Below are positions 46,328 through 58,437 of a DNA stretch of 64,000 nucleotides, in pieces. The translations under genes and the position numbers were made by a program. Each line of letters starts with the position of its first letter. Position 1 is the first letter of the stretch. Where the stretch lies: NCBI GenBank assembly GCA_035541435.1, contig DATKNL010000002.1, forward strand, positions 3,962 to 67,961, read 5' to 3'. Source of the DNA: Minisyncoccota bacterium (lineage in GTDB: Bacteria; Patescibacteriota; Minisyncoccia; UBA6257; 2-01-FULL-56-20). The notes under the pieces are model-generated. The model worked only from the letters and a program-made list of their open reading frames with translations, ran no database searches and had not been told where the DNA came from.

Positions 46328-46909
46328 TTATTTGTCGGACTTCGCCGGCCTGCCGGTCGCGATTTCCAAAAAGCCGCCGCGGGCGCCCGGCACCGCGCCG
46401 CGGAGATAGAGCAGGTTCTTGTCCTTGTCGACGGCCGCGACGACCAGGTTCTTGATCGTCACGCGCTCGACGCCCATATGGCCGGCCATGCGGCGGCCCG
46501 GAACGACGCGCTGGAATGCGGTCGAGCCGATGGAGCCCGGCGCGCGATGGCGGTTCTTCTGACCGTGGGTCTTGGGACCGCCGCCGAAGCCGTGACGCTT
46601 GACGACGCCCTGGAAGCCGCGGCCCTTCGTGAGACCCGAGACGCGGACCTTGTCGCCCTCTTTGAACGACTCGACGGTGACGTCGGCGCCGACTTCGAGC
46701 GCGGCCATGTCGACCGGCTGGATCGCGCGGTTGCGAAATTCGCGCTTGGTCTTGCCCATCGCCACCTGGACGGCCTCATAGCCGTCCCGCTCGTTCGTGC
46801 GGAGCATGGCAACCTTGTTCGGTTCGGCCTTGACGACCGTAACCGGGACGACTTTGCCGTCCTTCCACATCTGCGTCATATTGAGTTTTTTGCCTAAGAT
46901 GAAGGCCAT
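46328..46909 (-). CDS. rplC: 50S ribosomal protein L3
   Basis: LGKKLNMTQ, GRGFQGVVKRHGF, PGSIG. Confidence 0.97.
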   Translation of the reverse strand: MAFILGKKLNMTQMWKDGKVVPVTVVKAEPNKVAMLRTNERDGYEAVQVAMGKTKREFRNRAIQPVDMAALEVGADVTVESFKEGDKVRVSGLTKGRGFQGVVKRHGFGGGPKTHGQKNRHRAPGSIGSTAFQRVVPGRRMAGHMGVERVTIKNLVVAAVDKDKNLLYLRGAVPGARGGFLEIATGRPAKSDK

Positions 46910-47134
46910 AGTCTTGATCGTTCCCCCTGCCCGAGGGAAATCCAGAAATTGAAATTTGATAAAAATACCGGGGCTCGATCCCCGGTGCGTCACGCGAAAA
47001 ACCCTCCAAGAACGGCCCTTTCAGGAAGAGCCAGGTTCATAAGAAAACGATGCCGCTTTCTTGATGAGGATTGTTCGCATAAAGCTCCGAGGAAACCTTA
47101 GGGACGAGTATAGCAGAACGGGGCGAAGTGTCAA
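46910..47134 (-). promoter_or_regulatory. rplC promoter and ~190-nt structured leader with a 19-aa uORF and terminator-like hairpin
   Basis: TTGACA-16-TATACT (47134-47107); uORF 47080-47021; ACCGGGG-atcga-gCCCCGGT then ATTTTT. Confidence 0.6.
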
Positions 47135-47147
47135 CCGTGAGGCGCGG

Positions 47148-48164
47148 CTACGGGATGAGCGGCCGGAGGGCGGCGGCGTCGAGCGCATAGGCGCGCACGA
47201 AGGAATCGTCCACATGGGCATAGAGGGTGCCTTCGCCCTTCCTGCCGGGAACGAACTGGCTCGCGAACGTGATGGTGCGGGCCTCGCTGTCGCGGATCAG
47301 GGGCTGTTCGGACACCCATTCGATGCCGCCGTTCTCATAGTCATAGACGAAGAGCCCGACCGAAAACAGGCCGTGATGGATGCGGTCGTGCTTGCGCGTG
47401 TCGGCCTCGCGCCCGTTCATCACGCCGAGCAGCTTGCCCGCGCCCACGTCGATGAAGTCCCTCGGCAGCAGCGGTCCCGGCGACGCGTGGCCGGCGATCC
47501 ACGGGATGCCGTGTTCGGCAGGATGGAAGACCACGTCGCCGAACTCCCACGGCTCCCCCATCTCGAGCGCGACCGCCGACCGCACGACCGAATAGGTCAT
47601 GCCGTCGATCGTGTTGCTCGATTCGACGAGGTTGAACCGGTATCCCTCCTTGTTGAGCGGCGCGATCGAGACCTCCTTCGCGCCGTCCTGGCCGCTGTCG
47701 GTGAGGACGGGCAGCGTCATCGTGAGCGACATGAGGTCTCTGCCAACCGCGTGTCCCAGATGGACCCGCGTGTGCGCGTGGTTCGTGAGCGCGCCGTGGA
47801 AGATCGGCATCGTGAAATAGAGATGCATGAGGCCGGCTGCATCGTCGATCCAGATGTCGGGATCCTCGAGGCCGAGAAAGTCGTCGCCGCGACCCGTGAG
47901 GGACGCGATCATCTCCTTTTCGTGCCTGATCGGCAGGCGCTCGCCGATCGCGAAACGCCCCGCAGGGTCGAGCGCGATCCCGCGGAGCTCGCTGTGATCA
48001 AGCGCGCCGCCATCGACGAGGTCGCCCTCGCGGCTCGTGATGCAGCGCGCCACGCCGCGCTCGAACCGCGCGGTCGGATCAAGCGTGATCGCCATCACGT
48101 GCTTAAACCGCTCGTCGGTCTCGATCACGCGGCCGGGGAGTTCGCGGTAAGGCTCATGTTGCAT
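47148..48164 (-). CDS. Putative five-bladed beta-propeller glycosidase-like protein (GH43/GH130 clan-like)
   Basis: GLEDPDIW, HLGHAVG.DL, beta-rich; family assignment tentative. Confidence 0.6.
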   Translation of the reverse strand: MQHEPYRELPGRVIETDERFKHVMAITLDPTARFERGVARCITSREGDLVDGGALDHSELRGIALDPAGRFAIGERLPIRHEKEMIASLTGRGDDFLGLEDPDIWIDDAAGLMHLYFTMPIFHGALTNHAHTRVHLGHAVGRDLMSLTMTLPVLTDSGQDGAKEVSIAPLNKEGYRFNLVESSNTIDGMTYSVVRSAVALEMGEPWEFGDVVFHPAEHGIPWIAGHASPGPLLPRDFIDVGAGKLLGVMNGREADTRKHDRIHHGLFSVGLFVYDYENGGIEWVSEQPLIRDSEARTITFASQFVPGRKGEGTLYAHVDDSFVRAYALDAAALRPLIP

Positions 48165-48263
48165 TTTTTTAGTATATCAAAGCAGCCCTAAGACTGTATT
48201 CTTCAACTATTGACAATTATTATATCAATTGCTAAAATGTTGTCAGTTCATAAGGAGCTGACA

Positions 48264-48629
48264 ATGGAAAAGAAGCGTCGACTGCGACTGATCGGAATGT
48301 TGATCGACCTTTACACCCTTCTAGCCCTGGTTGGAATGTGCTTCCTTTTTCGGGCACACTGGCCGGTCGCCCTCGCCTCCATTATTATGGCGATGTCATG
48401 CGCGATAAAGATTGGCGGCAAGGTCGGCGTGGGCGTTGGCTACGGCACCCTTATGTTTGCGGGGTGCATGGGAATGTGTTTCTGCCCTTTCTGGCCCGAC
48501 GCCGCGAAGGCTGTCGCTCTTGTAGGAGGAATTCCTGCACTGATCTACGCCTGCTGCGGACTATGGATGAGCGCGACAACCAGGGAAATCAGCCTGATCG
48601 AACTCATCCAAATCAGAAAAAATTGGTAA
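48264..48629 (+). CDS. Hypothetical small membrane protein (Cys/Met-rich, lower GC)
   Basis: TTGACA-17-TAAAAT (48210-48238), TAAGGAG, about 4 TMs, terminator at 48638-48671. Confidence 0.65.
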   Translation: MEKKRRLRLIGMLIDLYTLLALVGMCFLFRAHWPVALASIIMAMSCAIKIGGKVGVGVGYGTLMFAGCMGMCFCPFWPDAAKAVALVGGIPALIYACCGLWMSATTREISLIELIQIRKNW

Positions 48630-48735
48630 AAATCATGCGGCGCGCCGAGCAAATGGTGCGCCGCTTTTCTTATCAGAAAAAATCACCGCCTTCGTGGGGA
48701 TTTCCATTGCGTAATTTTCATGAAATTCAGCATAG

Positions 48736-48762
48736 CAAAAACAGCCCTTGTGGGCTGTTTTT
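48736..48762. terminator. Bidirectional terminator-like hairpin
   Basis: AAAAACAGCCC-ttgt-GGGCTGTTTTT. Confidence 0.65.
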
Positions 48763-48871
48763 GCAAACCGAGGTTCGGTTAGGAAATCTCAGCTTACAAC
48801 GATCCAATTTAATCCTCCCCGTACCGATGTCAATCTCCATTAAGGGAAGATTAAATTTATAAACGAGATAA

Positions 48872-48899
48872 ATAAATTCCCCCTCGCGGGGGAATTTAT
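48872..48899 (-). terminator. tuf-rpsJ terminator
   Basis: ATAAATTCCCCC-tcgc-GGGGGAATTTAT immediately after the rpsJ stop. Confidence 0.7.
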
Positions 48900-49223
48900 T
48901 TACACCATTTTGATTTCAATATCTACGCCGGCGGGAAGATTCAGGTTTGAGAGGGACTCGATGATCTTCGCGCTCGGGTTCACGATCTCAACCAGCCGCT
49001 TATGTACCCGAAGCTCGAACTGCTCGCGGGAGTCCTTGTGGACGAACGTCGAGCGGTTCACGGTGTAGCGCTTGATCTCGGTCGGAAGCGGGATCGGTCC
49101 CACGACTTTCGCGTCATTCCGCTCCGCCGACTCGATGATCTGCCGCGCGGAGTTGTCGATCAGCTTGTGATCGTACGACTTGATGCGCAGGCGGATCTTC
49201 TGGGGTACTTCGGTCTTGGCCAT
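48900..49223 (-). CDS. rpsJ: 30S ribosomal protein S10
   Basis: [21 protein letters not shown]. Confidence 0.97.
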   Translation of the reverse strand: MAKTEVPQKIRLRIKSYDHKLIDNSARQIIESAERNDAKVVGPIPLPTEIKRYTVNRSTFVHKDSREQFELRVHKRLVEIVNPSAKIIESLSNLNLPAGVDIEIKMV

Positions 49224-49239
49224 GGGTGCTCAAAGTATA

Positions 49240-50439
<1,200 letters not shown>

Positions 50440-50601
50440 GGGTTTGTTGGATTAAAATTTTATTTTCCGCCTATCCCGACGCTTGCCGACCGAGGTCGGG
50501 GCGCCGGCCATTCTTGTTCCCCCTTCTCGAACAAAAACAGCTTCAGAGAGCTGTGAAAACCTAAACCAATCGACCGGTTTAGAGAAAGGGTTTACCTGGC
50601 T

Positions 50602-50631
50602 ATCATAGGGCACATCGGCCGAACCTGTCAA
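50602..50631 (-). promoter_or_regulatory. Sigma70-type promoter of tuf-rpsJ
   Basis: TTGACA-18-TATGAT. Confidence 0.6.
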
Positions 50632-50635
50632 CCCC

Positions 50636-50902
50636 TTAAAGGTAGACCCGGTCGACGTAGCACCACGTGAACTCCTCGCCGGGCGATACGGATTTCATGA
50701 CCGGATGGCCGGTCGCCTTGAAATGGGCCGTCGCGTGCCGGTTCTTCGAGCTGTCGCAGCAGCCGACGTGGCCACAGGTGAGGCACATGCGCAGGTTGAC
50801 CCAGCTATCGCCGGTCTTTACGCAGTCCTCGCAGACGGTGATGTCTTTCGGATGGACGTCGCGGATCTGGTCGAGATGCGTGCAGGCGGAAGCCTTGTTC
50901 AC
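50636..50902 (-). CDS. UBP-type zinc finger protein
   Basis: CEDC, LRMCLTCGHVGCCDSS.NRHATAH, WCYVD. Confidence 0.9.
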   Translation of the reverse strand: MNKASACTHLDQIRDVHPKDITVCEDCVKTGDSWVNLRMCLTCGHVGCCDSSKNRHATAHFKATGHPVMKSVSPGEEFTWCYVDRVYL

Positions 50903-50923
50903 GATCGGATCATTAAAAACGAT

Positions 50924-51181
50924 TTAATCTTCGCCGAGGTCGGCCTTGATCTCGCGGAACTGGTTCTCAAGCTCGCCGAGGCGCTTCTTGCTCGTCTTGA
51001 TGAGCTCGGACGCGAGCTTCACTTTCTCGAGGGCCTGCTCGACGTCGAGCTCCTCCTGCGAATCGAACCACTCAAGGATCCCGGCGATCTCTTTGAGCTT
51101 CTTCTTGAAGTCCTGCGTGCCGCTTTCGGATGCGGCCGCCTCGTTGCGCTCCTTCGGGTTTTTCGAAGCCTTGGGGCTCAT
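50924..51181 (-). CDS. xseB: Exodeoxyribonuclease VII small subunit
   Basis: Short helical protein (DFKKKLKEI..I...LDVEQAL) directly downstream of xseA. Confidence 0.8.
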   Translation of the reverse strand: MSPKASKNPKERNEAAASESGTQDFKKKLKEIAGILEWFDSQEELDVEQALEKVKLASELIKTSKKRLGELENQFREIKADLGED

Positions 51182-51240
51182 GGGTGATTCGAACAATGAT
51201 TGCATGGGTTCATGGAAAACGTCCTACCACTATATCCCTT

Positions 51241-52389
51241 TTACCGGCCGCTTTCCATCCCGCCGCCCGGCTCGACGCGCGAGCGCACGACGCCGTCCCT
51301 GAGCTCGGTCTCGAGCCGGTCGCCGGGCGCGACGTCGCCTGCGCTCCGCACGATGCGGCCGTCGCGGCGCATGATGGAATAGCCGAACGCAAGCTGGCGG
51401 CGCGGGTCGTGGATGCGCACGAAGCGCTCGGCGTAGTCGATCACATCCTTGCCGTGGGCGATCCCCTGCTCCACCTGGTTCGTCATCGAGTCGCGCGCGA
51501 ACATGAGGTCGTTGCGGACGCGGCGGAACTCCTGCTCGATGCGGCCGAGCAGGTACGGGACCTGCTGCAGCTTCGCGAACGCCTCTTCCCACGTGCGGCC
51601 GAGCGCGTGCGCGGCGGCGGTGGGCGTCGAGGTCATGAGGTCGGCGGCGAGGGCGACGAGCGGGACGTCCTGGTCGTGCCCGATGCCCGCGATCACCGGG
51701 ACCGGGAAGGACCCAATCGCGCGGACGAGCGCCTCGTTGTTGAACGCCTGGAGCGACTCGAGCGAGCCGCCGCCGCGGATCACGACGAGCACGTCGATCA
51801 TCCCCTCCTCCGCCTCGCGGCGCATGCGCGCGACCGCCTTCATGAGCGGCGCGGCGGCCTGCTGCCCCTCGACGCGCGAGTCGAGCACGCTGATCACGAA
51901 ACCGAATTTGCCGAGGTTGTTCTGAAAGTCGTGGATGACGGCGCCCTTCATCGAGGTGATGACGCCGATGCGGCGCGGATAGTCCGGCAGCGGCCGCTTG
52001 CGTTCGGGCGCGAACACGCCCTCGGCCTCGAGCCTCTTCTTCAGCGCGTCATAGGCCTTCTTGAGCGCGCCCTCGCCGACGAGCTCCACCGTGTCGGCGA
52101 CGAACGACAGCCGGCCGCTCGGGGCGTAGACGTTCGGGTGGCCCGACAGGATGAGCTCCATGCCGACCTCGATCGCCACGCCGCAGAGCTCGTAATTGCG
52201 GCTCCAGATGATGCAGTCAAGCACGCCCTTGTCCTCTTTATCCTTCACGGTGAAATAGACGTGGCCCGAGGCGGCGCGCTTCAGCTCGCAGACCTCGCCC
52301 GTCACGCGGACCGCCTGCGCCTTGAAGATCTCGTTCAGGAAGGCGATGAATTCGCCGACCGTAAAAAGCTTTTCCCTCACGTCGAGCAT
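51241..52389 (-). CDS. xseA: Exodeoxyribonuclease VII large subunit
   Basis: SGHVYF, RIGVITS, RGGGSLESL.AFN, GIGHDQD, TPTAAA. Confidence 0.95.
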   Translation of the reverse strand: MLDVREKLFTVGEFIAFLNEIFKAQAVRVTGEVCELKRAASGHVYFTVKDKEDKGVLDCIIWSRNYELCGVAIEVGMELILSGHPNVYAPSGRLSFVADTVELVGEGALKKAYDALKKRLEAEGVFAPERKRPLPDYPRRIGVITSMKGAVIHDFQNNLGKFGFVISVLDSRVEGQQAAAPLMKAVARMRREAEEGMIDVLVVIRGGGSLESLQAFNNEALVRAIGSFPVPVIAGIGHDQDVPLVALAADLMTSTPTAAAHALGRTWEEAFAKLQQVPYLLGRIEQEFRRVRNDLMFARDSMTNQVEQGIAHGKDVIDYAERFVRIHDPRRQLAFGYSIMRRDGRIVRSAGDVAPGDRLETELRDGVVRSRVEPGGGMESGR

Positions 52390-52431
52390 TCCGCCATTCT
52401 ACCACGAACGGCGTTGCCCTATAATGAAGGC

Positions 52432-53001
52432 ATGCCTCCCGAACGCGATCCCCGGACCCCGACGCGGCCGGAGCCGCCGCCCCCGCTCCCCCATCCGTCG
52501 CGCGCGGCCGGGTTCGTCTTAAGATATGCGCCGGTCGCGACCCTCGCCGTGTCGCTGCTCTATGCCGTCGCGCTCCTCATCGGGAACGCGGGCGTGATCG
52601 CGTTTTTCTCGGTCGTCCTTTCGGTCCTCCTCGCCGTCCTCATGGGGCTCATTGCCCTCATGGCCGGCGCGGTCGTGCTCCGGTCCCTGTTCGCCGTCGC
52701 GGCGGAACTCTCGCTCCTCATCTTCATCACCCAGGCCTATTGCATGTCGCCCGGACGGACGGCGGCGAGCCAGACCGCGATGAGCACGCTCTTCACCGTC
52801 GGCGTGATCTATGTCGTCGTCATCTTCGGGCGCGAGCTGTGGGAGGCGCTCAGGGCGACCTATGGGCGCGTGAGCGCGTCCCGGCGGTCGTTCCAGCGCG
52901 TGCTCACGGTCGCGGGGTTCGTCTTCTTCGTCGCCCTCTTCCTCTGGCAGCTTACGCTCGTCATGCAGCCGATCATCGGGGGCCTGTGCGTCTATCGGTG
53001 A
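52432..53001 (+). CDS. Hypothetical membrane protein
   Basis: TATAAT 6 nt before ATG; about 5 TMs. Confidence 0.7.
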   Translation: MPPERDPRTPTRPEPPPPLPHPSRAAGFVLRYAPVATLAVSLLYAVALLIGNAGVIAFFSVVLSVLLAVLMGLIALMAGAVVLRSLFAVAAELSLLIFITQAYCMSPGRTAASQTAMSTLFTVGVIYVVVIFGRELWEALRATYGRVSASRRSFQRVLTVAGFVFFVALFLWQLTLVMQPIIGGLCVYR

Positions 53002-53073
53002 TTGACTTTTGGACGGCGCCGGGCGATAACAAAAGAAGCAAAGCCCCTTTGCACGTCACCGAGGAGGATGGCC

Positions 53074-53337
53074 GTGAGCGTCACGAAGGAACAGATGAAA
53101 GCCTGGCTTTCCCGGCTGAACAGAGCCGAAGAAGACAAGGTCAGGATCACGCATGAACACTACGCAGTGGTTCGGGAGATGAAGGCCGCAGGGTTGAACG
53201 TCGTTCTCGAAGTAAAGTTCAGTATCCTCGTGAAGACCGAGAATGAGGAATACACCGAATTGGCATGCCTGCTCGGCACCATCGATCGGGAAAACTATCT
53301 GAGGAACCTGCCCGCCATCAATACGAAACCGGTCTAA
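53074..53337 (+). CDS. Hypothetical protein
   Basis: TTGACT-17-GATAAC, GAGGAGG, downstream terminator near 53381-53411. Confidence 0.6.
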   Translation: MSVTKEQMKAWLSRLNRAEEDKVRITHEHYAVVREMKAAGLNVVLEVKFSILVKTENEEYTELACLLGTIDRENYLRNLPAINTKPV

Positions 53338-53464
53338 GCTTGCACGACGGCATCGGAGGTGATGAACGATGCAGGAACGACGGCCGCCCAATGCGTTATG
53401 GGCGGCCTTTTATTTTCAACAAGAAAAGCCGCCGAATCTCTTCGGCGGCCTGGCGCGTTCGGCC

Positions 53465-53698
53465 CTAACGACATGACACCAGATGAAGCTTCCGCGCGGA
53501 ACCGGCGATCTTTTTCGCGGGGCTCCGGCGGGGCGGCTGCAGGATCATGATCGAGCGGACCAGGAGTTCCTCGTTCAGATGCACCTCGCATCCTTCCTCG
53601 ACAAGGGCCTGCAGGGCCTGGGGGTTGCTGTTGAAAAAGTTGCGCAGCTCGACGAACAGGGCCTCGCGCAGCTTTTCGATCCTTTCGTTCGAATCCAT
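53465..53698 (-). CDS. Hypothetical protein
   Basis: GAGGAGG upstream of MDSNER; TTGACT promoter; terminator near 53424-53450. Confidence 0.55.
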   Translation of the reverse strand: MDSNERIEKLREALFVELRNFFNSNPQALQALVEEGCEVHLNEELLVRSIMILQPPRRSPAKKIAGSARKLHLVSCR

Positions 53699-53801
53699 GA
53701 CTGCCTCCTCACCCAGGGTGGCGTACTGAGGTTCTTTATGCCACAAACGACATGAAAAGTCAAAGCCGCCGAACGATTGTCCGGCGGCCGATGATGCGGG
53801 C

Positions 53802-54380
53802 TCACCCGATTTTGAAATTGCCTCTTGCTATGTCGTCGAGTTCGCCGTCACCGAAGACGCCCGGCTTGACGCGGCCGCTTTCGTCGACGAGCGACCCACC
53901 GGGATCCTTCGCGGGGATAAAGGTCAGGTGCGGCAGGAACATGAGGTCGTAACCCCTTTCCCTGATCGCGGCCACGAGCTCGGTAATCTCGGCGCTTTCG
54001 TTCACGGCCTTGATGACACCGACCGAAAACTCGTTGGCCCAGTTGGCGAATTGCGCCGCCTCCTCTTCGGTGTATGACCTCTTCTCGTGTTCGCCGTTGC
54101 GGGTGAACCAGAATGCCGAAAGCGGCACGACGGCTCCCGCGCAGTGGACAGGCTTCTTGGAATCGGCTTCCCCGAGAAGAAGCAGCTGCGTATGAAGCTT
54201 GCGGCAGGGCATGTTCAACGGCGCTTCGACAACCTTCCAGACGACGAAGGGGCCGGTCGAGCCAAGGCAGTCCCGCAGGCCCGACGACTGCGTATAAAAG
54301 TCCTCCTGTTCGGGATCGATCAGCCGCAGCCAAACCGTATCCCCGGGCTCGAACACCGTATGTCGTTCCGGATTTCCCAT
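53802..54380 (-). CDS. Hypothetical protein
   Basis: GAGAGGG upstream; plausible codon usage. Confidence 0.6.
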   Translation of the reverse strand: MGNPERHTVFEPGDTVWLRLIDPEQEDFYTQSSGLRDCLGSTGPFVVWKVVEAPLNMPCRKLHTQLLLLGEADSKKPVHCAGAVVPLSAFWFTRNGEHEKRSYTEEEAAQFANWANEFSVGVIKAVNESAEITELVAAIRERGYDLMFLPHLTFIPAKDPGGSLVDESGRVKPGVFGDGELDDIARGNFKIG

Positions 54381-54443
54381 CGTTCCCTCTCAAAGTTGGA
54401 ATGGATTGCTACCTTTTTTATCGCCCATCGCGCGCGAAAACGC

Positions 54444-54471
54444 AAACGGCCGCCCTTTCGAGGCGGCCGTT
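54444..54471 (-). terminator. fusA terminator
   Basis: AACGGCCGCC-tcgaaag-GGCGGCCGTTT on the minus strand. Confidence 0.7.
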
Positions 54472-54495
54472 GGATCGTTCGCATTCGTTCGAACG

Positions 54496-56601
<2,106 letters not shown>

Positions 56602-56605
56602 GATG

Positions 56606-56639
56606 TTACGAAATTACGAATTTTTACGAATATACGAAT
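56606..56639. repeat. Left inverted arm (4 TACGAA units) of the GxxExxY cassette
   Basis: TTACGAAATTACGAATTTTTACGAATATACGAAT; 31/34 identical to the reverse complement of 57039-57072. Confidence 0.9.
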
Positions 56640-57040
56640 TATTGTTCATTGACGATCCTTTTGAAAATCACTCCCTTGCTTGAAAACCTCGCCAGAATGG
56701 CGAGTTTCAAGTTCGTCGCCTTCAGATATCCATAAACTTGAGTGATGTCATGTTTGGAGAATCGGTTTCCTCGTTTGAGTTCCAGGACGATCTTTCCGTC
56801 GATTAGGAAATCCAGAATTTGCCTGCCTATGATCTTGTTCTTGAATTTTATTTCGTAAGCGATCTGCTGCTTGAATGGAATCCTGGCGATCGCAAGCTCT
56901 TGGGCAATCGCGCGCTGATAGTATTTTTCCCGATAACCATATCCCAACGCGTTAAAGACCGAGAACAGGGCTCCGACGACCCGATAACTGAGTTCGGGAT
57001 ACAGAATATCGGCACGTTCGAGTTTCTTCTTTTCCGCCAT
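56639..57040 (-). CDS. GxxExxY protein (PD-(D/E)XK nuclease-like), AT-rich insertion in the str operon
   Basis: LGYGYREKYYQRA (GxxExxY), ILDFLID.KIVLELK, Q..GYLKA; 133 aa. Confidence 0.92.
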   Translation of the reverse strand: MAEKKKLERADILYPELSYRVVGALFSVFNALGYGYREKYYQRAIAQELAIARIPFKQQIAYEIKFKNKIIGRQILDFLIDGKIVLELKRGNRFSKHDITQVYGYLKATNLKLAILARFSSKGVIFKRIVNEQ

Positions 57041-57072
57041 TCGTATATTCGTACATATTCGTAATTTCGCAA
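57039..57072. repeat. Right inverted arm (4 TTCGTA units) of the GxxExxY cassette
   Basis: ATTCGTATATTCGTACATATTCGTAATTTCGCAA. Confidence 0.9.
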
Positions 57073-57073
57073 A

Positions 57074-57541
57074 CTACCGGGCGAAATGGGCGAAGGCGCG
57101 GTTGGCCTCGGCCATGCGGTGCGTGTCCTGCTTCTTCTTGATCGCGGAACCCTCGTTCTTCGCGGCGGCGATCAGCTCGTCGGCGAGCTTTTCGGCCATC
57201 GGCTTGCCCTTGCGCGCGCGGGCGGCGCCGATGATCCAGCGGAGGGCGAGGATGAAGCGGCGCTCGGGGCGCACTTCGCGCGGAACCTGGTAGTTCGCGC
57301 CGCCGACCCGCTTCGAGGCGACCTCGAGGAGCGGCGAGGCGTTCTCGAGCGCCTTGTCGAAGATGACGAGCGGGTCCTCCTTGGTCTGCTCTTTGATCTT
57401 GTCGAACGCGGCATAGACCACGCGCTCGGCGGTGGACTTCTTGCCGTCCTTCATCACGTAGTTGATGAAACGGCCGAGCTCGACGCGTCCGTGGACGGCA
57501 TCGGGCTGGTGGTATTTCTTATAGACGCGCTTCTTTCTCAT
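57074..57541 (-). CDS. rpsG: 30S ribosomal protein S7
   Basis: [30 protein letters not shown]. Confidence 0.98.
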   Translation of the reverse strand: MRKKRVYKKYHQPDAVHGRVELGRFINYVMKDGKKSTAERVVYAAFDKIKEQTKEDPLVIFDKALENASPLLEVASKRVGGANYQVPREVRPERRFILALRWIIGAARARKGKPMAEKLADELIAAAKNEGSAIKKKQDTHRMAEANRAFAHFAR

Positions 57542-57562
57542 GTCGTTCTGTGGTTGCTGACG

Positions 57563-57973
57563 TTATTTCGCCTTCTTGGCTCCATATTTGGAACGCTGCT
57601 GCTTGCGGCCGTCGACGCCGGTCGTGTCGAGCACGCCGCGCACGATGTGATAGCGCACGCCCGGAAGGTCCTTCACGCGGCCGCCGCGGAGCACGACGAT
57701 CGAGTGCTCCTGCAGCGAGTGTCCCTCGCCCGGGATATAGGCCGTGACCTCGGTGCCGTTCGTGAGGCGCACGCGCGCCACCTTGCGGAGGGCCGAGTTC
57801 GGCTTCTTCGGGGTCTGGGTGAACACCTTCACGCACACGCCGCGCTTGAACGGGGCGCCCGAATGGACGGGGCGGTTCTTGATGGAATTGAAATAGAACG
57901 ACAACGCCGGCGATTTGCTCTTCGCCTTGTGGGGATGACGTCCTTTCTTGATGAGCTGCCGAACGGTGGGCAT
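57563..57973 (-). CDS. rpsL: 30S ribosomal protein S12
   Basis: [23 protein letters not shown]. Confidence 0.99.
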   Translation of the reverse strand: MPTVRQLIKKGRHPHKAKSKSPALSFYFNSIKNRPVHSGAPFKRGVCVKVFTQTPKKPNSALRKVARVRLTNGTEVTAYIPGEGHSLQEHSIVVLRGGRVKDLPGVRYHIVRGVLDTTGVDGRKQQRSKYGAKKAK

Positions 57974-58020
57974 GAGGCTTAAAAAAGATCGGTGGCTCGA
58001 AGGCCAACCGAACAAGAAGA

Positions 58021-58049
58021 ATTGTAGGGTGGACGGGATTTTTTGTCAA
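58021..58049 (-). promoter_or_regulatory. str operon promoter
   Basis: TTGACA-17-TACAAT. Confidence 0.75.
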
Positions 58050-58151
58050 CAAACGCCGCGCGCGGGAAAAGAAAAAGCCCCGCGCGAATCGCACGAGGCT
58101 TCCTGCTCCCCCTTGTTCGTCCCAACCGAGCGTGTGCCGTCCGTTATGAAA

Positions 58152-58341
58152 AGAATAAGGGCATGCGAAGCATGAAAGAAGGGTCCTGGGCCTTGGATCC
58201 CCTTCCGGCGCTTCCCGCGAGGGTCTATGGCCGCCAGCCACGGCGACCCCGGGGCGCTCGCTTCGCACGTCGCCGTCATTCGGGGGGAGGGCAATGAACG
58301 ACGACGATCTTTGTTTTTTCAATTCACTCACCTTTTATTCT
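58152..58341 (-). ncRNA. Candidate ~190-nt structured non-coding RNA (6S-like size)
   Basis: TTGACA-17-TAGAAT promoter (58376-58348), 5'/3' end complementarity, internal hairpins, no credible ORF. Confidence 0.4.
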
Positions 58342-58437
58342 GGCATTATTCTATCGCAGCTTTTCATTTCTGTCAATGCAGGGTAGAATCACCTTCGTAA
58401 GACGATAAAGGGGCCCCGGCGGCTGCGCCGCCTGTGC

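Noticed and set aside
48672-48870. Small gene or RNA between terminators downstream of rpsJ
   Set aside because: AT-rich with only short unsupported frames and no promoter/SD set I could support.
56606-57072. Classical IS element or CRISPR array
   Set aside because: No DDE/HUH transposase motif, no target-site duplication, and the units are 8-10 bp with no unique spacers.
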